Positions 52,428-64,000 of a DNA stretch of 64,000 nucleotides are shown here, piece by piece. The position numbers and the translations under genes were made by a program. Within the stretch, counting starts at the first letter, position 1. Each line of letters begins with the position of its first letter. The notes under the pieces are model-generated. The model was not told where the DNA came from. It worked only from the letters and a program-made list of their open reading frames with translations, and did not search any database. Source of the stretch: Octopus vulgaris (Eukaryota); contig OX597821.1 of assembly GCA_951406725.2 (NCBI GenBank), positions 92,814,001 to 92,878,000 on the forward strand, read 5' to 3'.

Positions 52428-53009
52428 TATGTGTTTGGTAATATGAAATTCTGAAGCAAATGTTTCGCGCATTCCTTTCAGAAACTAAGATATTATCGTC
52501 ATCTCATATTTCATTAATTACACTTTTGTAAAAAAAAAAAAAAAGTTCCATCTTAACATTTAGGATGAATGAACATTGTAGTTTAAAAGTAAAGTTTCAC
52601 AGTTTAATTATGTATAATTCACAGACTGTATGTACAAAATGTATCGTTATCAGCTTTCAGGATTTTTAATCATATGAATATGTTGTGTATACCTTGTTTT
52701 AAAGGTATTTCCAATGAGTCTGGTGTAAAATTTAAAGGTAACAATATTATCAAGACAAACTGCAGTACACGAAGCCAGAGCGATTTAGCATTAAGAGGAT
52801 AATAACTTTCGGTGTAAAAATACAGACTTGTTAAAGTAAATTTCTTCCTATTTCCCGGCAAAAGATAAATATAAAAATGTTTCCAAGAAAATATCCAGCT
52901 AAATCTAACTATTCTTGCAGCACTAAATTTCCATCCTCTATTGCACATTTCAACACCAGGAATCTATCTCGCACAATGTCATTCCGGCCTCCCTTTTACA
53001 ATAGCTCTT

Positions 53010-53059
53010 TAATATATATATATGCATCCTCACATACATATGCACACACATATACATGC

Positions 53060-53096
<37 letters not shown>

Positions 53097-53218
53097 TAAT
53101 TAGATAGATAGATATAGATATGTATATATATGTATGTATATATATATAGATATAGACATGTATTTATATATATATATATATGTGTGTATATATATGTATA
53201 TATATATATATATGTGTG

Positions 53219-53250
<32 letters not shown>

Positions 53251-53413
53251 GATATAGATAGATAGATAGATTGATAGATAGATAGATAGATAGGTAGATA
53301 TAGATATGTATATGTATATATATGTATGTATATATATACAGATAGATATGTATCTATATATAATATATATGTGCGTGTATAAATATATATGTATATATAT
53401 GTACATATATATG

Positions 53414-53474
<61 letters not shown>

Positions 53475-53583
53475 ATATATATACATGCATATATGTATGC
53501 ATGTATAATGTAGATATATACGTATATTTTATCATATACTATTCTTAATTATCCGAAGATAAGCAACGAGAATCTGTCTCTGT

Positions 53584-53626
<43 letters not shown>

Positions 53627-53821
53627 CCTGTCCTCCTTTATTTACACTCATATGTATAAGAGAATGAATATTTTTGTTTTTAGGCATTTATTTCTATAGA
53701 CAATTATATAATTTCTACATATATATATTTGATGTATATTACACACACACATATATACATACATACACACAAACACATACCCATATATATAGAGAGAGAT
53801 ATATATTCATGCCTATGTATG

Positions 53822-53883
<62 letters not shown>

Positions 53884-53920
53884 CATATATATATACATAT
53901 AAAATATACGTATGTATGCA
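53010..53920. repeat. (TA)n/(GATA)n/(TC)n microsatellite cluster
   Basis: Directly visible. Confidence 0.9.
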
Positions 53921-54669
53921 CATAGGTAAGCAGTAGATTTATCATGCTTACAGCGATATATTAAAATGGAACTAAGAAAATAATAGTTCCTCTAGAGGAA
54001 ATTAAAATAAAGATACTGAGGGGTGTGAGAAAAATCTGGTGGGGGCGGGGGTGATAAGGAAATTGACGAAAATAAACATATAGAAAATGCAAAAAACAAA
54101 AGAATGTTAGTTGGATGGCAGTCGTAGCAGTAGTGGACGATTGTGTTAGTAATGATGGCAGCTGGTAGTGATAGTGGTGAACGGATATTTTTTTTTTTTT
54201 GTTACAGTGTTCGTGTTGTGTTAGGGTAATCGTATTTGTGATACTGTTGATGATGGCTGCGATGATGGTGTTTGCAATTGTAGTGATAGTGGTGAAGATG
54301 GCTGTAAGTTTAAAATATTAGTGAAGGTATCGGCGGTAGTTTTAGTGTGAGCGTGATGGTAGAAATGCTGGTAGTAGAGTCGGCGGTGGTGTAGACTCTA
54401 ATAGTAATATTGAAATGATGTTAGTGGAAAAGATAGAGTGATAGCAGTGGCTTCAGTTATTCGTGTGTTCATATGATTGATGTGCACCGAAGGAGAGTTT
54501 ACCAATTCTGAGCAGTAAATGTCGGCATTATCGAGAGCAGACTGATTTAAATCTAGGCAAAGTGTAAACATTTAGAGCTTTGTTCAGCTTTTGAGGCGAT
54601 TGCCTACAATGTAATTTTGGTTATAAATTGATTTTCTGAAGCACTTTACTTGTTTCCCTTGTTCATGGT

Positions 54670-54886
54670 ATTGCAGTTGTTGTTGGTGTTGGTGTTGGTG
54701 TTGTTGTTGTTGCTGCTTCTGTTATTGTGGTTGCTATTGTTGCTGTCGTTGTTGTTGTTGTTATTGTTGCTGTCGTTGTTGTTGTTGTTATTGTTGCTGT
54801 TGTTGTTGATGATTATGATGATGATGATGATGATACTGATGTCCATAATATTATTACTGCTGTTACCTCCATATTATTATTGTTGT

Positions 54887-54917
<31 letters not shown>

Positions 54918-54990
54918 GTTGCTGTTGTTGTTCTTGTTCTTGTTGTTGTTGTTGTTGTTGTTGTTAATGTTGTCGTTGATATTGTTATTT
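54670..54990. repeat. (TTG)/(TTA)/(GAT)n compound microsatellite
   Basis: Directly visible. Confidence 0.95.
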
Positions 54991-56554
54991 TTACTATCGT
55001 TATTACAGAATTCAGCTTAATCGCCTTGGTTTTCTTATTGTTGATGCTAAGTCATAAATTTTGAATTATTAATACCATTATTACTATTATTGAATATCAA
55101 AAGAAACCGCAACAACAAAAACAACCACAATACCAAGTAGACCAGTAGCCAAACATACAAGAAACATTCACCCTCACCGTCACTACTGGAACTGGAATCA
55201 AACAATGAGTTGATAGAGTACACATGGCAACTAGACAAAACAACACAGACAAAACTCTACTAGCTGATTTCTAAAGAAAATCACATCGGACATATACAAA
55301 AACATGAAAATAAAACTCCCATAAAACGCAGAATTGTATGTAAAACAGATAGCAAAACCCTTTGTGGAAATGCTTTCACAGACTATTTTGCCACACCGAG
55401 AACATCTTAATTACCTGTCTTAATCTAAGACTTGGGTAAGATGTGTTTCTACCTTCTTTTCTCCTAAAGTACCTGGTCAAACTCAGAATGGGGTGCATAA
55501 ATGCGCATCATCTAGCGTTGGCTTTGAAGTCACTTTCCCACTGATCTTAACTCAAAAGTCGTAGATGTAGTAGCCATGAGTGAGACCATGCACTGACATG
55601 CGCAGTGGAGCCCATTTTTCGACGACTACAAGTTGTACGCATCATTTGGGTCGGCCTGGACTAGATGGCAGACCGGTAGAGCTGTTTCGGGAAGGCTTAG
55701 ATTTCAATGAACGGACTATCTTTCTGGGTTGAAATAGTAAGCAGGTGGTGGTACTGGACTTTAGGAACAACAAAAAAATGAAACCCAGTTTGAAGTAAAA
55801 TAATAATAATTTTGGCGAAACGAACAGTTACCAATCTTTGCGAATTGAAAAATATAAGCATACAACGTTATAGATTACATAGAAAATTTTGTCGATCCAA
55901 AAACCAATAAGCAAGATATCAATTTTTGCAATCGTATTTTGGAAAGAAGTGTTGTATAGAAATATACGTTCTGCAAGCAGACCATGATGTTATTTACAAA
56001 TTATCCAAGATCATACAGCTAAACATTTCTCGAAATTTATAGAATTATTACACCTAATCTATATCTAAAATAAATAATAATTTTCTATCTGCTTACTTCA
56101 AATCTTTTTAAAGAACGTTGTTAATGTACCTCTTTGTAAAATTAGTAAAATATATAATCGCTATACACATTTAATTTTTTCTAATTTGTATCTTCATTTA
56201 TTTATTTATTTATTTACTTATTTACATTTTATTTCCCTCTCGTATCCCATAAATTTATTTCCTTATCGATTCAACACTAACTTTGGAGAATTTTGACTAT
56301 CAAACAATAAAGAAGAACATTATGTTGTTAGTGAGGAGAAAATTCTTGTAATAATTATCAATTCAGCTCCAAACAGACAGAGGAAGCAACACCGTAATAT
56401 AAACTAAATAAAATTAATGAAGGATAAAGGGAAGGGGAAGGGGAAGGAATTCTGATCCTTTGCTGTACGATGACTCAGATATGTTTTCGTATCAGGTAAA
56501 TCATAGTCTTGTCATTACTGAGAGAACTTGGAATATTTGAGAAGTATCTTTAGC

Positions 56555-57123
56555 TTTTATCTTTTACTTGTTTCAGTCATTAAATTGCGGCCATGTTATG
56601 ACACCGCCTTAAAGAAGTTTTAGTCGAATCAATCTGCCCAATACTTATTTAGTTTAAGCCTGGCACTTATTCTATCAGTGTCGTTTGCCGAACCACCAAC
56701 ATCGATTGTCAAATGGGGAGGAGGCGAACACAGGCACAAAGACACACATACATAGATTCATATACATACGACGGGCTTCTTTCGGTTTCCATCTTTGTGT
56801 CGATGAGAGACAATCTGTGTTATGTATGTATGTGCAGGCGTGTGTGTGTACATTTGTGTGTGTGCATGTGCATGCGTGTGAGGGGTGTGTGTGTGCAAGA
56901 GAAACGACCCGAATGAAAATTAAAAGCATAAAAAAGAAATCTCACACTTCCAATATAAATAATAGGTTATTTCTTGAAACCTTTCGTATTAATCCACTCA
57001 CAAGGGTTTGGTCGACCCGAAGCTATAATAGAAGACATATGCCGAGGGTGCTACGCAGTGGGTCTGAACCCTGAACCAAGTCGTTGACAAGCAAGTTTCT
57101 TACTGCACAGACACTCCTGCGCC
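56555..57123 (-). mobile_element. Diverged SINE family B interrupted by a copied local segment
   Basis: SINE consensus GTTTCCGTCTACCAAATCCACTC is split by the 56788-56993 insertion. Confidence 0.85.
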
Positions 57124-57621
57124 CAATTATGTATACTTTTAATAAATAAACACTGGACGGTTTGATAATTAGAATGAATAAGTGGGGAAACGCACAAAAA
57201 CACTTGCTAGATGTTATACACGTTGCCAGGTTATTACTAATACTGCGAATGTAATGAACCAATAAGAATTCAATTAAAAATTGCAGCCATGCTGTAAAAG
57301 ATCACCTATTATCTTAATGAAATCTGCTCAAAATGGCACTTAAGATTATTTGTGTCTAAGCAAGTTGTTGATAACAAATGAATGTTTAGTTTGTTTTCAG
57401 AGGTTTTGTGACAATTTTAAGTTATATGTGCATATCCATGTACATTCAACTTTTGTCTGAAGATCCAAAAGACGAAGACAAAAGTAACAATCGAGGAATT
57501 TCAAGTTCAGTTAAAGCTTACGTAAATGTGTGTTTGAGTGCATATATACTTTTGTAACGTGTATATATATATATATAAGTTATTCCTAAGTTATATACAT
57601 ATATATATATATATATATACA

Positions 57622-57782
57622 CAGGAGTGGCTGTGTGGTAAGTAGCTTGCTAACCAACCACATGGTTCCGGGTTCAGTCCCACTGTGTGGCATCTTAGGC
57701 AAGTGTCTTCTGCTATAGCCCCGGGCCGACCAATGGCTCGTGAGTGGATTTGGTAGACGGAAACTGAAAGAAGCCTGTTGTA

Positions 57783-57829
<47 letters not shown>

Positions 57830-57900
57830 GTGTGTGTGTTTGTGTGTCTGTGTTTGTCCCCCTAGCATCGCTTGACAACCGATGCTGGTGTGTTTACGTC
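57622..57900 (+). mobile_element. SINE family B, 3'-truncated
   Basis: Matches 37535-37815. Confidence 0.9.
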
Positions 57901-57901
57901 C

Positions 57902-58026
57902 TCCAGCTGGCTATAGACAATACTCAGAAACTCGAGTCCGTGTGTATCATAAGTTGGAGACGGGAAAGATGACTTCCCTTTGCAAATACTGATAGGGCAC
58001 AGAAAGTGTGTCTATAGCCAGCTGAA
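57902..58026. repeat. Short foldback/MITE-like inverted repeat
   Basis: CAGCTGGCTATAGACA ... TGTCTATAGCCAGCTG, 16-bp perfect inverted repeat. Confidence 0.6.
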
Positions 58027-58428
58027 GGAGGTGTCCTCCTGGGGCTACAAACTACAGTAGCATCCACTCTTTGGGGTTAGCCATATTTAAATGGCAAATA
58101 TACGTCAGGATGCCTAAATACGTATCGTGAGAAATTAGGCTTCCCAAAACCAGAAAGGAGAAAGCTAATTCGAAGACTACACATCGACTTTCAGTGGGAA
58201 GTGTAGAAGATCTCTAAAACTTTCCAGAATGTTTCATTTAAATATATATGAGCATGATTAGATATGCAACTCTATGCATGAGAAAACATACAAATCTGCA
58301 CATATATACATTCAAACATGCATACAAAAATACCCTGTTGTTGACGGACTTTTGGATCTAGGCTAGAAACCGGTCCTTTCTGTCGTGGCAAGAAATCTTG
58401 AAATAAACTGTATAATGACATACATACA

Positions 58429-58482
<54 letters not shown>

Positions 58483-58595
58483 TATCGGAGAAATAGCAAC
58501 CTCTCTCGTGCTAGTTCCACAATAGAATATAGCCAGTACGCTCTGTATATATAAACCTATTCACACACGCGCACATACTCGCTCACACAGTAATA

Positions 58596-58647
<52 letters not shown>

Positions 58648-58655
58648 AATATATG

Positions 58656-58715
<60 letters not shown>

Positions 58716-58802
58716 TATATATATATGTATATATATGGGTATTTACGTATATATATATTTGTGTTTTTTCTTTCATTTATATATATATATATTATATATA
58801 TA

Positions 58803-58855
<53 letters not shown>

Positions 58856-59921
58856 TACACACATATATATGTATACATGTACGTATGTATTTACGTGTAT
58901 ATGTATGTATATATGCGTATGTGCACGAGTGCGTTTTATATCTATAAAATCACTGCTTCACTGTGCGTTAAAGAGTTAATGATCGATTTTCAACGAATAA
59001 TTTTTACTAGATATATTAGATACGTTCTAACCCAATTTCGCTTGTAATCATGAACGTAACTATTATATGTCCTCTGTGTGTGTGTGCGCGCGCTTGTGTG
59101 ATTCCAATAATTGGCATTAGAAAACCTTTGAGTTGTCAAGATAGTCTATTTACTGGCAACTCAGCTGATCTAATGTGTTCAACGTAGAAAATATGAAATA
59201 TTTTCAATTGAAATGAAACAAATTTTAAAAGAACTTTTATGGAAATTTCACAGTTTTGAATAGCTTTCGTGTTAATATTTACCATAGCAAAAGAGCCTTT
59301 ATCAATCTTTCAACCCACTCTTGCATAAACATAATAGGTTTTTATTACAAGGAGGATCTAACAATTTAACAGGATTTATAGTAAATTTCGTATTGACAAT
59401 ATAACCGTTTAAAGAACATTTTGTTGTTATTCTGGAAATATTATTATTGAGGTTTTGAAAATTATCATGCAAACTTTTATGAAATGTTTTTACCCTGTAT
59501 AAACACGTGCCTTGTTCAATGAGGTCATATATATGCAGCTGGGTGTGTGTTTGTGTGTGTGCGTGTGCGTAAGTGTGTGTGTGTATGTATGTTTTGGAAC
59601 ATGGGACTGTTTTGAGTGTGTGTACATATATATGTATATGTACATATATATATATGTATATATAGATTTATGCGTATGTGTACATCCATACATATGTACA
59701 CACGTATCAATATGCAGAAATACACCATACATACACATATATACACGCTTACAGAGAGAAAGAGAGAGAAAGTGAGTGGAAGTGAGAGAGGTTAGCTTGT
59801 TGTTTAAGACAAAAGAACTCGAAACCTTGATAAAGAACTCAATATCTAGCTGTTAGAATAATCAACGTTTCCAACTGTTCTTGCCTTGACAGTAATTTCA
59901 CAAGGAAAGATCAACAATAGG

Positions 59922-59960
<39 letters not shown>

Positions 59961-60867
59961 TATATAGGCAAATGTATGTGTGTATATACATACACACGCA
60001 CATATTTATGTGTTTGTGTATATGCATGTGTGTTTGTATTTACATGCATGCGTCTCCTTTCAATATTAATTTGCAAATTATCTTTGGCCAACAATGCATT
60101 AAACTAGATCATTAAACTGTCTATAACGTCTTGAAGGTGAGAAGGCAATGATATACTGATGAGCCCAAAGTGAGACCAAAACACCTGTCCATAGCTCTTC
60201 CTTACCAAAAAAAAAAAATCAGATTGCCATATTTTCTTAAGCATATTAATTCAATTATGAAATTATCTCCCCTTTTCATTCAGTGTTGCTAAGAACTTCC
60301 GTTATGCTTTCATTTTCCTTCTCTATCCATCGGGAGATTTTTGACGAATGTAGTATTTATCAGGTACAATGTTCAGTACACCCCTGATGTTGACTTTGCT
60401 ATTTGCGTTTATGTACGTGTATATATAAACCTGGAGACACATACATATAGAGACAAGCACTTACAGGCAGTCATACACAAAAATAAACTAAAAATCAATT
60501 CTATTACCGGGATGGTGTCAAAGATTGCTCTTAATCCTATAATCCTGATAAATTTTAGTGTGTAGAAAGGCAAGTGAGTACTGAGACCTAACGTCATTCT
60601 GATAAAACGAATTGCAAGATTTGATTTCAACAGTAATGTCCGCAAGAGCGTGTGGTACATGCATATAGAAAGACTGAGTACAATAGCTTTGTCACATCAC
60701 AATATGAAATAACTTAGTTGATAGATTATGATACTTTTTACTCATATTATCACTTCGCCTCCAAAGATTTTCTGACATATTTCATCAACCTCAGAAGAAT
60801 AAAAGAAAAGGTCAAATATGACGCACTATCTTTATTTCATATTCTACGGATACTACATTCCACCATT

Positions 60868-60936
<69 letters not shown>

Positions 60937-60996
60937 TGAGATTTACAAAAGAAAAAACAAAGACGAAGACAGTTGTGTAAACAACAAACAGATGCA

Positions 60997-61191
60997 CGAG
61001 AGGTTGCTGGAAAGTTCCTAGCTTCGGGGTACAAGAAAATGCAAAAGGATCAGTTAATTCAGATTTTATCCAACATATTCCCCTCTCAGATTCACACACT
61101 CATTGCAGAAGTCCTTCAGTTTTTCTAAGCCTTGTAAAAGAACTCGGAAGTTTGGGCCACCAACCAGGAACCTTTCAGCACCAACCTCTCG
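60997..61191. mobile_element. Mariner-type MITE (same family as 13988-14195)
   Basis: TIRs CGAGAGGTTGCTGGAAAGTTCCT / AGGAACCTTTCAGCACCAACCTCTCG; interior is the reverse complement of the 13988 copy. Confidence 0.8.
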
Positions 61192-61197
61192 TAAATA

Positions 61198-62085
61198 CAG
61201 GGTGAATGGAAAGTAAGTAGGCATTAAAAATTGGTAATAAAATCCATATTCCTTTTTAAAATTTATTGAAACAAATGAATCGTTTTCTTTATTACATGGA
61301 AAAATGAAACTAAATCTTTATATTTCAACGTAAGCACCGGTGGCATCAACCAGTTTCCTAAAACGGCCAGGGAAAGAATGAACAACCTTCTGAAGGATTT
61401 TGTCTGGGATATCATTGAAAACATCCTGAATTTATGTCTCCGTATCCTCCCGTGTGCGAGGTTTTTTCTTGTACACCTCTTTTGTGTAACCCCGCAAGCA
61501 AAAACCACATGGGGTGAGATCTGTACTACTTGGAGTTCTGGACTTTTGGACTCCTGTGATCACAGTCTCCAGGTTTTAACCCCTGCACGTAATGGGGTTT
61601 CCATGGATGAAAATTCAATTCTTTAGGTAACACCGTACGTATTGTGTGTCTTGTTAGTCCACTTTCACGAGCTGCTTGATGTGCTGATTTTTGCTGGCTG
61701 CGATTAAAGATTTCCTGCACTTTTGCCCCGTACTCCGCTGATCGGCCACTTCTTGCATCCTTCACAGAGCCAGTAATCATTAGCTTTTTATGATAACTTT
61801 TTCTTGTCTCCGGGCGTAGCGTTGCATGCTTATCTTTCCTTGCACACCACCATCTCTGAACCAAAACAATGGAATTCCACACTTCATAGCGTGCTGCTAT
61901 CTTAGCTCGTTCTTGAACAGTCAAGCGACCGGGAATCTGGAAAATAAAAAATAAGAAATAAAACAATAAGAAAATAAGAAATCCCCATTAGTGTTGTCTG
62001 TCTAAAAGATGTTTTCGTAATGACTTTAGTGATACTAAAAATATATAAGTAACTTCTAATGCCTGGTTACTTTCCACCCACCCTG
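61198..62085 (-). mobile_element. Internally deleted Tc1/IS630-like transposon (DUF4817-type HTH)
   Basis: TIRs TA|CAGGGTGAATGGAAAGTAAGTAGGCATTA / TAATGCCTGGTTACTTTCCACCCACCCTG; RLTVQERAKIAARYEVWNSIVLVQRWW..TGSVKD..LNFHPWKPHYVQGL, then STDLTPCGF..GYTKEVY; the DDE core is mostly deleted. Confidence 0.85.
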
Positions 62086-62088
62086 TGC

Positions 62089-62147
<59 letters not shown>

Positions 62148-62148
<1 letters not shown>

Positions 62149-62338
62149 TCTTTTGCTTGTTTCAGTCATTTGACTGCGGCCATGCTGGAGCATCGCCTTT
62201 AATCCGACCCCGGGACTTATTCTTTGTAAGCCCAGTACTTATTCTATCGGTCTCTTTTGCCGAACCGCTAAGTGAGAGCGACTTAAACACACCACCATCG
62301 GTTGTCAAGCAATGCTAGGGGGACAAACAGAGACACAC

Positions 62339-62405
<67 letters not shown>

Positions 62406-62568
62406 CGACGGGCTTCTTTCAGTTTCCGTCTACCAAATCCACTCACAAGGCTTTGGTCGGCCCGAGGCTATAGTAGAAGACACTTGTCCAAGATGCCACG
62501 CAGTGGGACTAAACCCGGAACCACGTGGTTGGTAAGCAAGCTACTTACCACACAGCCACTCCTGCGCC
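62148..62568 (-). mobile_element. SINE family B, full length
   Basis: Reverse complement of 30744-31160. Confidence 0.9.
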
Positions 62569-63304
62569 TATAATATATGCAAACTGGGGTATGGAACAAT
62601 GTTTCTGGAGGTACATGCATCAACATATCCACCCGGTTATGTCCGAATATAATGCTTCTTATTAGATTAATACAATTTTTGCAAATTTTGAAAATGCTTG
62701 TTTGGAACAGGCAATGATTAGAGAAAATTACACTTTATACCCCAGGGATAAACATAAAGTGTTACTAATACTGAACTGCTTTATCATTTATCTTTATTTG
62801 TATTATTTATTTTATATATAGACACACATATATTTCTTCTATATTATCTTTCTATCCAGAGACATTGAAATATTTTAATCTATTCAAATTATTTTTATAT
62901 ATGCAGTTAATCAAATACTTCTCGTTAACAGAAACACACACATACACAAACAGCACACATATACGCACACACATATAAACACACACACACACACACACAT
63001 ACACACACACACACATGCACACACACGTGCATAATCAAAGATTAGTGAAGAGAGATAGCCCACAGTGGATATTGGCACGATTTTGAACACCAAAGATGAA
63101 AAAAAGTATATCATATACTGTACAAGATAAATTCTTGATTTACAGTAAATCTTTTCGCTTCAAGCAAAAGTAAACAAACACCCAGCGGCAATTGAATCTG
63201 ACTCCCAATGAAATGTGCGTGAGTGTGTGTGTGTGTTTGTGTGAGTGTACGCGTGCGCGTGTACATATGCGCACACCACGCGTACACACACACTCATACA
63301 CACA

Positions 63305-63344
<40 letters not shown>

Positions 63345-64000
63345 AATATATGTGTGTATATGTGTATTTACGCTTGTATGCTTGTATGTATGTATCTATT
63401 TTCTAACTCTTTCTTGTTAACGATTCCAAATTTCCCTGCTTAGATTTTGTTTGACAACCAAAAACCTTAAAAATCTGACTTCGGAAAATTAAACTTTCAG
63501 CTTAAGGAATCCTCTCAGTACCGAATACTCCTTTTTCTTTCCTGTCTTTAATGAATAATACAATCTGCTCCACACCACGAATTAGAAAACTGTAATAATA
63601 CGGATTTAAACTACTGAATATGGAATATTCGCGAGATCTTTAAACGAAGAACACTTTTAATGAGATGAAACACATATCTGTTTGAGATTGGAAATCCTAG
63701 TACAGATGGCAGCGATAAGCATATACTTAAAGTGTACAGAATTTCATTTCCAAACAAGCATCAACAAAACTTTACAAAAATTGTATTAATCTAACAAGAA
63801 GCATTATATTCGGAAATTTATCAATAAATTTCTGAGCTTTTTGAAAACAAACCTGAAAATTTAACCTAACTAAAAGTTGGGATGCGTGGCGTTTCGCATT
63901 TCTATGAAGAAGTATTTAGCTGTAGACGATTTTTGAATAGGATAATAATCTATGCCCAGGTGTGTGGCTCCCAAACTTAGAAAGAGAAAGAGAAAGACAT

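Noticed and set aside
57448-57486. Hairpin enclosing CUGAAGA..GAA
   Set aside because: No stem III or NUH triplet; may be chance.

Overview
AT-rich, microsatellite-saturated eukaryotic non-coding DNA (intronic or intergenic). The tRNA-derived SINE families and the repeat landscape resemble Octopus/coleoid cephalopod DNA (inference). I find no supportable host protein-coding gene; nearly all listed ORFs are translations of simple repeats or SINEs. The window holds about 30 SINE copies of four families, CR1-like and R4/Dong LINE fragments, possible RTE and Penelope-like remnants, two mariner remnants, a deleted Tc1-like element, several MITEs and a non-autonomous Helitron. The main unexplained signal is a set of small non-coding elements (about 250-850 bp) sitting in (TA)n/(CA)n tracts, each carrying a minimal type I hammerhead ribozyme with a palindromic stem III. 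Three are well formed: 17807-17878 (-), 48810-48893 (-) and 49893-49930 (+, compensatory U3-A8 core). Several more are degenerate. The elements show terminal redundancy, inverted segments and circularly permuted module order, suggesting a retrozyme/Penelope-dependent circular-RNA system. All folding and alignment was done by eye.
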